In this document: in pieces, positions 46,813 to 61,876 of the stretch | How the letters are laid out: each line of letters starts with the position of its first letter | Numbering within the stretch: position 1 is the stretch's first letter | NCBI RefSeq assembly: GCF_009914755.1 | Contig: NC_060930.1 | Source: the human T2T-CHM13v2.0 reference genome, Homo sapiens | DNA: 64,000 nucleotides | Reading direction: 5' to 3' (one strand) | Notes under the pieces: generated by a model | What the model was told of the DNA's origin: nothing | Databases searched by the model: none | The model's input: the letters and a program-made list of their open reading frames with translations, nothing else | Translations under genes and position numbers: made by a program

Positions 46813-49800
46813 AACTAGGTGAAAAACAATACCAATAACTCAAAACTTTATATACACAAGAGAATAGAAATAAATGTGTGCAACCTGGTTCTCCTACTAC
46901 TCCATTGAACTGAATTATAGAAATGCAAATTTTACCACCTTACCAGTAGATACTTAGTCCAAGAAAAATAAAAGTTATCAGTAAAAAGATATAGTATCCC
47001 CCCATAAACATCAAATGATAATATATTTTAATCACATCAGGTTTTATAATTTAAAAACACTGAAAATCAAAATGAGTTTCCAATTTTAATCTATTAAATT
47101 AGCACTTAATGAGAAACAGGGTATTTTATGTTGCCTAGGATAGGGTGCAGCTAAACTCTCAGATGTTGTTCATGGCATTTTACATTGGCATAAACCTTTT
47201 GAAAATATTTTTAGCTTATACATCAAGAGAAAAATGTTTTCGCCTTTGACATGTTAATTAACTTCTGGGAATTCTTACTGAAGATTTATTCTCACATACA
47301 GGAAATCTAAAAGAACAAATACATTTTTAATAACAAAACTTTGGAAATAATCAAATGTCTTGGAAGTAGGGTATCAGTTATGGCGTAATCATTCAATTGA
47401 GACAAATCCATTAAAATCACAGTTTTAAAAATAATATATCAAAGAGCAGAGAATAGCAAGCTGTGATTATAATCAGATGACATAATGACTGATTTGAAAA
47501 ACCTATTTTTATATTTTGTGTTTTTATAATGAAAAAACAAATTTAAATTTACTTCCCTCTTCTGCCTAATCTCTTATCTTTAACTCATAATTTTCAAAAT
47601 TTTCAATTACAATGTTTCTGAATCCATTCTTATACACACATACAGTTTTGGAAAATTCATTATTACACTGATACTTTTCTTCATTTTCTTGCTGGTGCCC
47701 TTCCGTGAAACTAGTAAATTCATTGTTTAGCTCATGTCTTGTCATTAAAAGCAGAAAAAAATACTCTTCATGAATTCCAACATTCAAATTTGTACAGCTA
47801 AAGCTTTCTCAAACCAAAGACAGATATAGACTTTCATTAGAAGGCTTAAGTTGCATTTGGTAACTGCATAAGTATTGATTGGCTTCATATATTATGAATA
47901 ATTTCAAATATATCTTTTTACACAATAAAAAATATAGGATTTTCTTTGCTTTCTTTCTCCTGTGAATAAATTTTATTATTCCAATGTTATTTTTAAAATA
48001 AGTTTATTTTTAACCATTTTCAATAGCCCTGGAATAATTGGCTTATTAATAATTATTTTGTTGAATTTTTGTTTAAATGTAGAAACCTCCTGAAGTCATA
48101 TTCTAGTCTGACATGAACTTTTTAAAAATACCTCTAGTGATGGACATTCTACCAATATTTGGAGAGGTTTATTCCAGTGTTTGATTACACTCAAAGTTTT
48201 TCTTTTCATCTAAACTCCCATAACACATTTGTTACTATTAAAAAAAACCTTCTGATCCATGAAATTGTACTTAATATAATGTACATAAAATGTAATTAGC
48301 TTTTATATAAGTGCAAACCATTACTGAATTATTTCTGTTTCCTTTCACTCCATAATACAAGTTTTATTTTGTAATACTTCTCTCTGTTGGGTTTATTTTT
48401 CTTCTTTTATTGTGTTGGATTTCTCTGTTTCTACTAATATTGTGCACCTACAAGTGTCTAGTAGGTATTCATTAATTTATAGAATACTAAGCTTGAAAAA
48501 GGGTTTTAAAGGCTATTCATTGTAGTTGACTGCAAGAACACACACTTTATGTCAAATTCAGAAGAGACATTTTCTGACCACATATTGGATGTTGGGATGC
48601 TGGCCATCACTCACCTTCACCAAGAAGGAGGATGGATTCTTTTTTTTTCCTCTCCTGGGTGCAATGAAATTTTCTTAAATTCTTCTGGGTTAATAATTCA
48701 TTTAGAATATTCTCCCATCTGCCTTGGGGGAAAATATTGTGCTTTAAAAAAAAGCCACTTTTTAATTCTCTACAGATTATAGTTTTTATACGGCAAAAGA
48801 AATTGGTATAAACAACACTACTTTTCCTATATGAAAAACATGTAGTGGCTGTCAAATATAGTTCACTTTTTGTACGTGTGTTTGAAAATGGAGTTAAAGT
48901 TTTATTTTATACCTATGTCACAAGTCATTTATTTGCTTCGCTTTAGCACATAGAAACATCAAGTTAAAGTGCATATTAAAATAGGAAACAAAGCATGTGA
49001 CCATATGATGATACAATTGCGACCTGAAAAATCCTTTCCCATGTTGGTTGGTCATATAATATTTTTCAACTTTCTTTTTGAAGTTCATATGTATTGTCCT
49101 CTCATCTGTCACAAAAAAACTTCCCTTTAATTGACAGGAAGGAAAAATAATAACTTTTAAAAATGTAATGTGTATTATACAGTTTTTTCAAGTAGTATAA
49201 TAGCCTTAAACACATAAACTTCATCATTAATCTCCAATCTGATTGTCATCATTAAGATACCCTAGAAAATAAGAAGCAAAAAATTTAAAATCATATGTGC
49301 CATTACTCAAGCAAACATCTAATATCATTTTCATCAGTACTTTCCTAGAAAGTGAATTCAAATATAATTTATAAATATACAAATACACTAAGGAACATGT
49401 TCTAGATATTTACAATGTAAATGCATAACCACCTGATTTTAATATGACAATACATCTTTTTACTTTTTGCTCAACTCCAAGAGTCTTGTAGTATTTGGGA
49501 ACAGATTATAAAAATGTAGCATCATAAAATTAACTCTACAGCATTTATATGAATTAATAGCTTAAAATGAGAAAACATTTACTTTTATTACATATATAGA
49601 GAAAATAAAATTCATGGAATCTCTGTGATTTAAATTCATTTTTAAAGATTTGAAATTAATTCTCCCTTTCCACATATTTTACTACTTGAATGTAGTACAG
49701 GAAAATTAATTTCTTTGCTACTGCACTCATGAAAATAAGTAAAGGAAAGAGATGTCAAATTGAAATAAAAACAGGATTCAATTGGGGGGAGAAGATATTT

Positions 49801-50074
49801 CTTTTCCTTTCCTTTTCCCCATGTATATATATTTTCAGCCACAAATTAATGAAGTGCCCCTGTAAGGCATGTGAATAGGGACAGAGGGGACTCAGAGAAC
49901 AGGGGTGCCTAAGCACTCACTTGCCAGTTTCTTCAGAGTTCTGGATGTTCTTTAAGCCTTCATTCAGTCAAAGGACTGGAGGTCTTATTATTAACTGACA
50001 TCAGGATAAGCTTGGTTTAGACTTTTGTCTAAAAACTAATGCCTACACATGTTTCAAAAGTCCTTGTCTCAATC

Positions 50075-50605
50075 CGAAGCCAATCTGTAAGGGCTATATA
50101 TCATATGATTTCAACTCTGACATTCTGGAAAAGGCAAAACCACGGAGGCATTAAAATGATCAGTGGTTGCCAGGAGTTTGTAGGGGAGGGAGGGATGAAT
50201 AGGCAGAACACACATGAGTTTTAGAGCATTGAAACTTCTCTGTATGATACTATAATGATATTAGGTTGGTGTAGAAGTAATTGTGGTTTTTGCCTTACTT
50301 TTATGGCAAAAACCACAATTACTTTTGCACCAACCTAATACATACATGTCATTATACATTTGCCCAAAGCCATAGAATTTACAACACCGAAAGTGAACGT
50401 AATGTAAACTATGGACTCTGGGTGATAATAATGTGCTAATTAGGTTCCTCCATTGGGGGAAAAATGTACTACTCTGGTGGGGAATGTTGACAATGGGGGA
50501 GGCTATGCTTGTGTGGGAGAAGGCATATGAGAATCTCTTTTATCTTCTGCTCAATTTTGCCGTTAAGCCTAAAAGTGCTCTAAAAAATTAAGTCCATTTT
50601 TAAAA
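50075..50605 (+). mobile_element. L1MC1/2-like 3' end
   Basis: GAAGCCAATCTG..GACATTCTGGAAAAGGCAAAAC..GATCAGTGGTTGCCAGG and AATGTAAACTATGGACT. Confidence 0.8.
50261..50338. mobile_element. MADE1 MITE, full length
   Basis: TTAGGTTGGTGTAGAAGTAATTGTGGTTTTTGCC..GGCAAAAACCACAATTACTTTTGCACCAACCTAA with TA TSD on both sides. Confidence 0.95.
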
Positions 50606-53464
50606 ATGTATCACCTCTATGTATGTTTTCACTTTCAGTTGGCTTTATCTTCACTATATTTTTGTGGAATTCCTAGATAAATCAGCTTAAACATTACAGC
50701 CTTACTATTACTGCCTGCAATTCTATCTACTGTTGTATTTCATAGAAAAAAATATATATATAAAAAACAAGTCACATTTCTTATGTGAATAGATGCCACG
50801 TCTCACGTAAGTAGATCTCATGGCTAATGTTCTTCCTTGATTCTCACAAAATTAATGTTTTAGCTCCATGTTCTTTATAGTTCATATTCACTTTATTTTC
50901 ATGCTTCATCCCCAGTATCAGTGTTACAATGACAAAGTTAAAAGTATGAATTTGTTGTTTCCAACTTGCCTTCCTAGCCTACGCAGATGATATGAACTTG
51001 ATATATTGCCATAATTATCCTTACTTTTAGTGAAATGATTTCCACTACTTTTACAGCGAGCTTCCAAGTTTCTCTAAACATAGAATTTGCTCTATTGACT
51101 AAAAGTGGTCCCCAGACACTGTTTTCTGTGTATTTTTGTATCCCTCACAGCATTTGTTTTGCTGCTAAGACTGATAAGATTTTTTGCATGAGGGTATGTG
51201 CTACAATCAGAAGAAAACTTAAAAATATGTAAAAAGACAATCCAGTACTATTTTAATGATTTCCAAATCAACACGGAAAAAAAAGTACAAAATAATATAT
51301 GGAAAGTATTCTTTGCTCTGAGAATATAGGAGAATATGCAGGAAACTCTGTGGCCCTCTGAAGTGATCAGTGAGTGTCTAATGAATTATTGTCATACAAA
51401 CACATACTTCTATTATCCTGTAGTTCACAAATTCTAATTGTGTCCTTTCCTTTCTACGGTGATAAACACTACTGTGAATGATTCACTACTTTAATATTCT
51501 TTAGCTAATTTTGAACTAAGATCACTATTCTTGGGAATTTGGGGAATTTGGGAAATTTGGGGTTCTGATGAGTAATTCTAACATTATAATACATCTTAAA
51601 CTACTGTAAAATCCATTTATACTAAAGATCAAAGACACAAAAGATGCATCGTTTCTGAGTGTATTAAAAGCTTTAAATGTTTAAATATTACATTCAAAGT
51701 TCAAAAATTTTATATTTTCGGTGGGAAACTTATACTTAAAGGCTATTGTAGTAAAATACAGATGTGTGGATAGATAGATGGATGACAGATAGATATATAG
51801 ATAGAAAAGCATACAGAGTTATGATTAAATTCTGCTTTACATTCAAATGACCCATGAGGGAATTTAACTTATTAATTTGTTTTCCCTTTATTCATATTTT
51901 AGACTAAAAACACATTACTAGTAAGGTAGATGGGGTTATTCCTAATTAAGACACAAATATAGTAATTACAGTTTATATGCTATTATCCTGAATCTACACT
52001 GGATGAGTTTAAACAGCCAAACAGCCATTAATTTTACTGTTCAAAGAAATTCTCATAATCTTTTTAAAATGTCATATAAAATATTCATTTCTAAATGCCC
52101 TATGGTGATTTCTGAATTTATTTAAAGTGGGCTGTTGATAGCTCTTTTTATAAATAAGCAATTACACTGAATATATCATGGCCCATCACATTATACATTC
52201 TATAATTTCATGGATGAAAGGCCTACAGCTGATCTGCATAAACGCAGTGCATATCACAGCAGGTGAAGGGTTTGATTACACAGGATAATCAGTGTTATTA
52301 TTTATAGTAACTATTTATATCTGCTATTTATTAAATCTCTACAAATCAGGTATCTATTTCTTCAAGAGATATATTCAAAGAATATTTATGATAAGATATA
52401 GGCTTTTCGAATATTTTACACAATGGCCTGAATATGGCCTTTTACATCTGAATTCCTAGTTTCAATTGCTGTTAAGCTACTCAAAATTAGGTTTTAAATA
52501 ACCTTGGCTTATAAGACATTTTGGAAGTTATGTGCTTTATATATTGAGTAGTAAAAAGGATTTTCAAATTTAATTTATTCATCTAATTCTTCTAATTTTG
52601 ATGAGGTCAATTTTGGTACCCTACCCCTACTTGCTGTGACAAATTGCATTTCTTTGTCCACTTATTTTAAATTATTCTCTTAATAGTATTTATGGAGCTA
52701 GGAGCTGTGCTGTGTACTGAGGATAGGAAGATGTCAAAGAGACAAAAAAGCTCTTATTACTATTATATATCATTCATCTAATTATAGTAGTTTTTCATGC
52801 TATGAAGGAAAAGATACAAAAAGAACATACAATAATGAGAGCTAATCTGGTATAGGCGGTGATAGATATTTGACCATATGTGTAAGGACTATTCAAAGTC
52901 CAGGGAGGGTGGGTGTATATGTGTATATGCGTGTGTCTGCAGGAGGAGGAGAATGTTCAAGGAGAGGGTCATTGCAAAGAGAAAGAACAAAAGGTACAAA
53001 TATCCTGAGACCACAGTTTGTTTAATAAGGATCCTCAAAGGAAGAAACAGTGAAAAGAGCCAATATTTGAAGAGTTAATTGCTGAGTACTTTCCAGACAC
53101 ATTTATAGACACAAAAAACTAAATGTACACCTAAAAGAAAAACATTTATACTTAGTCACACTTTAATGAAAAGGAAGTACACCAAAGACAAAGAGATATT
53201 TAAAACAATGAGAGAAAAAAAAATAAAGACAACTTTGAAAGAATGACATACTGATTGCAGTTTGTACATCAGCAACAGAAGCCATGAGATATCATCATAA
53301 GTTCTTCACAATTTTGAGACAAAGTAATAGTAAATCTACAATTATTTACTTAATAACAAGAAAAAAATCCTTCAATAACAAAAGCAAAATAGAAACATTT
53401 AAAGATAAACACAAATAGACTTTATCGAGAACATATATTCCATGAAAAAACACCGAAAACTTAC

Positions 53465-53847
53465 TGATATGATTTGAGTCAGTGTCTCTGCTGAAATTTC
53501 ATGTTGAATTGTAATCCCCAATGTTGGAGGAGGAGCCTGGTAGGAGCTGATTGAACCATGAACCAAGAACCTTTCTGTTCTTGTAATAGTGAGTGAATTC
53601 TCATGAGATCTGGTTGTTTATAAAAGAGTGTAGGACTTCCCCCTTCTCTCTCTCTTCCTCCTTCTCCAGCATGTTAAGAGGTGTCTGCTTTCTCTTCACC
53701 TTCTGCCATAATTGTAAGTTTACTGAGGCTTCCTCAGTCATGCTTTCTGTTCAGCCTGGAGAACTGTGAGTCAATTAAACCTCTTTTCTTTATAAATTAC
53801 CCAGTCTCAGGTAGTTCTTTATAGCAATGCAAGAATGGACTAATACA
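53465..53847 (+). mobile_element. MSTA solo LTR
   Basis: TGATATGATTTG..TCATGTTGAATTGTAATCCCCAATGTTGGAGG ... TAAATTACCCAGTCTCAGGTAGTTCTTTATAGCAATGCAAGAATGGACTAATACA. Confidence 0.9.
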
Positions 53848-54334
53848 CCTATTCCTCAGGTGGAAGTGTAAATTATCCAAATGAGAAAACTGGAATATAA
53901 GGAAAATATTCAGAAAACAACTGGCAAAAATTTAAGCACATCAAAACAAATAATATAAAATCATAATCAAACTGAAGTCTGTTATTATGGAGTTAAAGAA
54001 AGAACAGAGCTAAAATATCATACATAACTTTTTTTGTATGTCTGTGTTCAACCATCCAACATGTTTTTAATAAGCTAAAAGGAAAAGAATAGCATACTCA
54101 GGTATTTACTATTTCTGTTCCTCTGTTATTGCCAATGTTCAAAGATATCTTCTTTACTGTTTATTTCTTTTCTGTTTAAAAAACTTCCTTTAGCCATTCT
54201 TTTAGAGTACGCTTATTGGTGATAAATTCTCGTAGTCTTCCTTCAGCTGGAAAAGAATTATCAAAAAATTGTGCATAATTTTATAGTCAAATTACCATAA
54301 CAAGTTAAAAAAAGGAATACTTAAAAATGTTCAA

Positions 54335-54693
<359 letters not shown>

Positions 54694-55423
54694 CTAAATT
54701 CAAACATACTATACATGTGCCTGCTAATTGCATTAAATGTAAATTGTCTATACTTATTAATTAAAAGTAACAGATTAGTAAAATGGATCTTTAAAAAATG
54801 ACCCAACTTTATACTGTCTACAAAAAAAACTCAATTTAAATGTAGTGATATGAGACCTTAAAAACAAAAGGCTGAAAAAAACATATACTGTAAAAATAAT
54901 AATAAAAAGTAAACTAAAATGACCATATTAATATCAGGCAAAGTGGATTTTAGGGCACAACGTAAATATCATGAACAAAATAGAAAATTACTTAATTATA
55001 AAATTATGGTAATTTATGATAAAAAGTCACCAGTATAACAATCCTAAATATATATTTACAAGAAAAAGACTTTAAAACACATAGGAAAAAAACTGATGAA
55101 AACAGAATGGAGGAAAATAAAAATTTTAAATTAAAATTGAAGACATCAAAACTTATCTCTTCATAATTAATGCAACTACTAGACAGAAAATCAGCAAAGA
55201 TATAGAATACCACCATCAAACAATGAAATCTAACTGGCATGTATAGAATACTTCTCCCCAAACAGCAGAATGCATATTCTTCTCAAGTTCACATGCCATA
55301 TTCACCAATATAGATTATATACTGGCTTATAAAACAACATATTTAAAAATAATAAAATTATATAAAGGAATAACAACATTTATATTTTTCTGGGAATTAA
55401 ACAACACAACTCTAACTAATTTG

Positions 55424-55851
55424 TGTTATGGGCTGAATTGTGTCCCCCCAAAAATCATAATTTGTCTGAATCCCTAGTACTTCAATATGTGACTGTATAT
55501 GACAATAAAGCTTTTAGAGATGTTGTAAGTTAATGACAGATGTCATTATAAAGATGTCATAAGCTTTCAGGATATGCCTTAATCCAATCTGACTGGTGTC
55601 CTTATAAGAGAGGAGACTGGTATGCTTAGAGAGACACCAAGGGTACTTATGCACAGAAGCATGGCCATGTAAAGAGGCAAATCAAGAAGGCTGCCATCTG
55701 CAAGTCAAGGAGAGAGGCCTCAGAGGAAACTAAGCCTGCAGGGATCTTGATCTTGAACTTCCAGCCTCCAGAACTGTAAGAAAATCAATTTCTTTTGTGT
55801 AAGCCACCCAGTCTGTGGTATTTGTTATGGCAGCTCTAGCAAACTAATATA
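55424..55851 (+). mobile_element. MLT1B solo LTR
   Basis: TGTTATGGGCTGAATTGTGTCCCCCAAAA ... TAAGCCACCCAGTCTGTGGTATTTGTTATGGCAGCTCTAGCAAACTAATATA. Confidence 0.88.
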
Positions 55852-58800
55852 TGCATTAAAGAGCAATTTCTAATGTTTTTAAGGAGAACTAGAAAATACA
55901 TTAAAGTGACTAGAAATGAAAATGCAACATCTCAAGATTTGTGGAATTTAATTAAATCAGGGTATAGAGGGTAATTTATACTACTCAGTGCTTATGTCAG
56001 AAAGGGGGAAAGATTTCAAAACAAAAACCTAAGTTTCTATTTCAAGAAATTAGGAAAATAAGATGAAAATTTACCCAATGTAAGCAAAAGAAAGAAAAAG
56101 AAGCAGAAATCAATGCAATGAGAGAGAGAATGAGAGAGAAGAGAGAGAGAATGAAACCCAAAGCTGGTTCTTTGAAGTATTCAATAAATTTTTCAAATGT
56201 CTGGCAACTCTGACAAGAAAAAAGAGAACGAGCAGATGACCAATATCAGGAGCTAATGGAGGAGGTATCGCTACAGACCCTATCAGACATTAGGGTATAA
56301 TAGGGGAATGCCGTAAACAATCTTTACACATAAATTCAAACATGATTATCAAAGTAACTTGGTTCTTGCATATGAAAACACTGAATTTTAAAACTATAAT
56401 CCCTTATAGTTTTTGGTAGTCTGTTTTGAACACAAAGCCTAGAGGCCATTTTTCTCTATTTTGTGTCTTCCCTCCATTAAAAAACAAATAAACAAGAAAA
56501 AAAATAAACTTAAAGCCGTATTCTGAAATCTTAATGGAGTGGATATAAGGAGTGTGGATAAAGGATTACAGAGAGGGAAAAATAAGTCTAGTTCACTTAA
56601 ATTTTTATTCTATAACTTTAAAACCCTTCTGCATTGAGGAGCAGAAGGACCTATCACTTTCCCTTAAGTTTATTCAATTGTAGATGTAGATACATGCATC
56701 CTCCACTTTTTCCTTTGAATCATAAGCAGACAGATACGTAGAATTTTCACAAAATTTTTATACCAGTTTGCCAGTAATCTCCTTTGTAATAGGAAAAAGG
56801 AGGTTCAAGGGAAGTGGCCCTGGTGACTTTTAGAGAGTCTGTTCTTTCACCAATCACTCTCCATACCTTATGCTCCTCAAGCCATCACATTCTGGTCAAA
56901 TGCATCTTTCTGTGCTTCTGGCTTCCAGGAAAATCTAAAGGGTGGGGACTTATGTTAAAATTTCTCTTCCTCTTGTACATCTTAGAACATGCAAAGAACC
57001 ATGAAGTTGTTCTATACATAGAAGCTATATATATTAGGCTATAGGCTTGAGAGATTAGAACAGTATCTTTTGCAGCTCTGGATGGAGTTTTTCCTTCTCA
57101 TTTTTCTTATCTAATCATACTTAATTTATGTACAGAATGGCTTCTTCTGGGTCAAACAAGGATGGAGATTTATATGTTCTGCAGTTAAAACAGTTGTGAG
57201 ACCAGGACCCCATGAAACATATTCAACTCAATAGGTGTCTCCTGTTATAGATTTTAGGGTAGGATATAGAGATACAGTACATTTGCATATGTGAAAATTA
57301 GAAATTTCAATGTAAATATTAGCTCTAAACACCTTTAATAATGCACAGAGAAGCAAACGGGAAGTGGTACTCTTCGTACCTCTTCCCAGGTCCTCAAAAA
57401 TCCAAATCTAAATAACCAGGAAGCTTTTAGAAATGTGCCATTATGGACACATATTTTAAGTACTTCAGTGCTTACAAATCTGGAAATAATGATAATACAA
57501 AAAACCTCGCATTGAATCAATGTTTGTTTCTTTAACCATTAGCAATACCAACATTTAAAAAATATTCATGCAGCTAGATGGCAGATAAGACTTCTGCTTA
57601 TAAGTCCTGACTGAACATAACTTGTATTATAATGCTATCACTTGATTAATATATGTACATAAACCATAGATCATGACAATTTTTGTTGACATGGAATATA
57701 GCAATCCTTGGGATAAAGTGATTCCACAAAGCCATGGTCACAGGACATGCATTGGCTCCTCTTCTTTGTGTGTTCCCCTTTAGTGTGATACTATGGCTGT
57801 CAAAACCAACATGAAAATCAGTCCCAGAAATAAAAGCATGCTTTGTGCACTGAAATCTGGCTGAGATATTATATGGTTCACATTTAATTATTCCAATCAT
57901 TCACTATTCTTAGGGATTACACTTGGCTCTGTAATTCCATTCCAGGTACAGAAAGAATTCTAACTACAAGAACAACAAAAGAAAAAGCAAAGAGAATGGT
58001 TGATATAGCTTTAGGTGCCAATCACCATAAAGTCAATCTGATGCTATAAAATACCTTCTAAAAACTACGTTTTCCACATATAGTGCTTTTCTGATTCCTA
58101 AGCAAATATTTTCAAGGAAAAGGAACCTCACTCATTTTCAAAGAAATCATTCAGTAACCAAGTCTTGTGATCTATTTTCATCAGTGTGAACAAATCAGAG
58201 CATAAACAAAATAATGGACATTATATGAGACTCAGAATATTATTTTTCATGTAGTAATATCCTATATATATGTATTCTAGTGATTGTTTATACCTAGCTT
58301 TGGCAATTCTAATATTCTTTCTACCTCTTGGGATAATTATAGGTCAGCAAAATCAAGAATACCCACCCTGAACTTTTTTCACTTGTCTGTCATATAGATC
58401 ATCTACATTCAATGCATTCAAAAGGTCAATGCCCATTGAAAACTCAGAATATTTTTGGTGATATGTATGTATAAATTGTTTTATGATCCAGATTCATCTT
58501 TTCTAAGATAGCATATGCTCTAAAAATATTTTGCAAGTCTTTTCCTGTATGCAAAAATCAATTAAATATTTATTGTTCACTCTATTTCATATTCTATTCT
58601 ATTTGCTGAAAAATAAAGGTAGGAATAAAAGTATGCCTTTAGCATCAGAGAGCTTATAGTCTAGGTGGGCAGAAACTCAAACGACAACTTTAAAAGTATC
58701 AGTGTAGGTGACATGGTCAACGTATGACCCTGGAACTAAAAAAAGCTGTTAAATGGGAAGGCTTATTCCTTCCTGTGCCTTCCAGTATAATTTTCCTGAA

Positions 58801-58882
58801 GAAAGAATGTGGGGAGACTAAGACAACTGGGAGACTCAGTAATTAATTAGGCAAAAACTGGGGACATTTCCAAACAGAATAT

Positions 58883-59370
58883 TGTGTTTGTTTCCTATCG
58901 GCATTGTAGTCAAGAACCAAAATCTTAGTGGCTTAAAACAATACAGTCTCTTTCTCTTAAAGTTCCGGAGATCAGAAAGTCAAAATTAATTTCTCAGGGT
59001 TAAAATCAAGGTCTCAGTAAGGCTAGATCCTTCTGGAGGCTCTAGGGGAAAAAAATCCAATTTCTTGCTTTTTTTCAGCTTTTAGTGGCCATATGAATTC
59101 CTTGGCCTGTGGCCACTTTCTCTATCTTTAAAATGCATTCCTCCAATTTCTGCTTCTATCATGTCATTACACTGCATTTTTTGAAATTTGGCTCTTCCTA
59201 GATGGTTGTGATTACTCCAGGACCACAGGTTAATCCTGGATAGTCTCACCATCTCAAGATCCTTAAGTAAATCACATCTGCGAAGTTCCTTTTGAAATAG
59301 AAGGTAACATTTGCAAGTTCCAGGGGTTAGGGCAGGCACATATTTTAGGACCGTTATTCAGTCTACCACA
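58883..59370 (-). mobile_element. MLT1C/D solo LTR
   Basis: TTAGTGGCTTAAAACAA, CTGGAGGCTCTAGGGGA, ATTCCTTGGCCTGTGGCC, AATCACATCTGC and TATTCAGTCTACCACA. Confidence 0.85.
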
Positions 59371-60402
59371 CACACTTTGGCAGATAAAGACATACAGAGA
59401 ATTCTAGATTTCTAGAAAAGGTGAGTTTGGGATGCAATTTGATGAATCTGAAGAGGTAGGTGGTTACTGCCTACGTTCTTCTTAAAGTGAAAATCTCTAA
59501 CCACAAGTTGAAAGATTCATTTCCCTCAGTAGGAAATGAAGCACACCAAAGGCAACATTAGTATCATACAGACATGATTTTTCAAATGTCTTCACCTTAA
59601 TAATGGACTAAAACATATATAAAAGTACAGTTTGAATCTTTTCAAGGTTTGTTGATGATTGAGCTCTGCAATTATAAACTCATATATTTAATTCCAATGC
59701 CTCTTGTGTTTATGTTTTTGGCTTTGTGGTACACATTTAATTAACAAAAATTCAATGGAACTTAAAACATAAATGATGTTCCTGCCAAATGAAGATTAAA
59801 TTATATCGTGGCTAGTTGAACAAAGGAACTTTTACACAGAGAAATGTGTTCATAAAGTTGAGTCATCACATGGCACATGGTGTATGTAATAGAGATATAA
59901 TGTGCTCAGCAAAAGCACACTGCAGTTAATCAGCTTATTTAGCTCTGTATGCTCATTGTGAGCAGCTATTTCATTTAAGAAACACTTCCTCATTTTTATA
60001 TTAACATAACTTATTTGAATTCCTTTAATTTTGCCCATTCATTTTAGATAAAGTTGTATAAAAGCAGTAAGAATAAGAATATCATAAAATTATTCATGTT
60101 TGTACCATTCAACTGTGGGTTAGTAAAATAGTCACTATCTGAGCTTTATGAAACTTTTTCTAAGTTTTAAAAGTGGTATGTTACTCAAGTTTAAGAAAAT
60201 TATAGTAGTAAATGCTTACATTAGAAAAAAGAAATCTCAAAAAAATAAGATCAAAATATACCCAAACTAAGTAGAAGGAAGAAAATATAGACGATAGTAG
60301 GAACTAAAAGAATAAGCTCCAAAACCTGACTGCCTAGTGTTGATTTTTCCCAGTTCTGCCATCTGTAATTTCTAAGACCTTGGGCGAAGTACTGAATCCT
60401 TC

Positions 60403-60825
60403 TGCTGTGGTTTGAATGTTTTTGTCTCCTCCAAAATTCATGTTGAAACATAATTCTCAGTGCAACAAGAGGTGTGCCCTTTAAGAGGTGATTGAGTCAA
60501 GAGGGTTCCCCATTCATGACTAGGATTAGCATTTTTATAAAAGGACTTGACAGAGGGAGTTTGACTCTTTTTGTCCCTTCTGTTTTTATTATTATTATTA
60601 TTTTATTTTATTTTAGGAGGTGAGGACAAAGTGATTCTCCCTTCTGGAGGATGCAGCAAAGTGCTGCCTGCCATCTTGGAAGCACAGAGTAGCCTTCACC
60701 ACACTCTAATCCCATCAGAGCCTTGATCTTGGACTTGCCAGCCTTCAGAACAGTAAGAAAATACACCTGTTATACATTTCTCAGTCTCAGATATTTTGAT
60801 ATAGCAGGGCAAATGGACTTAGACA
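60403..60825 (+). mobile_element. MSTD/MLT1A LTR inserted into a MIR (MIR pieces ~60320-60402 and ~60826-61000)
   Basis: TGCTGTGGTTTGAATG..CCTCCAAAATTCATGTTGAAAC ... GGACTTAGACA. Flanks carry MIR core motifs (GACCTTGGGC; AATAGTGCCTACCTTGCAGGGTTGTTATGAAAATTAAGTG). Confidence 0.8.
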
Positions 60826-61536
60826 CCCATTCTCCATGTCTCAATTTCTCAATTTCCTCAATTTTCTCATACTCAAATAGAGTAAATAATAGTGCCTACC
60901 TTGCAGGGTTGTTATGAAAATTAAGTGGAAAGTTTTAAGAAACTTAAAACACTTAGAAATTAAATGAAAAATGCTTTGAACAATGTTCGACACATAATAA
61001 GCTGGATCAGATTAGGGCAATCATATGTTCCAGTTTGCCCAGCATAGTCCCAGCTTATAACTTATTGTGGAGTTTTCATTTTTCAATGAAGTAGTAGTAT
61101 TTATAGTTGCATCAAAATAGGTCTAAGTTGCCTCATCTAGGAGTCTGAAAGACATGTTTAGTGAATAGAACTTTACTTTTACATATGGAAGAACACCAAT
61201 GATTCAGCTCTGTTTTGTTTTGTTTATTTTCATTGAATAGTAACTAACATCTTACCCTCAAAGACAAAATATGGTGTACTCTGTGATAAAACAAAGTATC
61301 CAACAATGCCACACCAGCCAGCCACTTGGTACACTAGTTAGGTATATCATGGACCATGACAAACATTGTGAAATATAGTAAACTGTTAGACTACAAGTGA
61401 GAGGATTCAATAGCAAATATTAAAATTATATGCTGGCATAATAGAATATGTGTAGGAAAGAAAAGGTGGGCTATCCTATATTAAAACATAAGATATAGTA
61501 TAAACTCTCTTGCTATCACAGTGTTATTATGAACAC

Positions 61537-61876
61537 TAATATGGTTTGGCTTTGTGTCCCCACACAAATCCCACCTAGAATTGTAATCCCCACATATCAG
61601 GGGAGGGGCCTGGTGGTAGGTGATTAAATCATGGGGGCAGACTTCTCTCTTGCTGTTCTCATGTTAGTGAGTGAGTTCTCAGAAGATTTGGTTGTTTGAT
61701 AGTGTGTGGCACTTCCCCCTTGCTCTCTCTCTCTACTGCCACCAAGTGAGGAAGACATGCTTATTTCCTTTCTGCCTTCTTCCATGATTGTAACTTTCCT
61801 GAGGTCTCCTAGTCATGCTTCCTGTGAAACTGTGAGTCAATTACGTATCGTCTCTTTATAAATTACCCAGTCTCAG
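61537..61876 (+). mobile_element. MSTA/THE1D LTR, 3' end truncated
   Basis: ATATGGTTTGGCTTTGTGTCCCCAC..GAATTGTAATCCCCAC ... TAAATTACCCAGTCTCAGG. Confidence 0.85.

Noticed and set aside
47566-47787. 73-aa ORF in unique DNA considered as exon or transposase remnant
   Set aside because: No recognisable motif or convincing splice pair; length expected by chance.
57571-57589. CTCF-like CTAGATGGCAG overlapping a GATA site
   Set aside because: Lacks the conserved 5' CC of the CTCF core; too weak to call without ChIP data.
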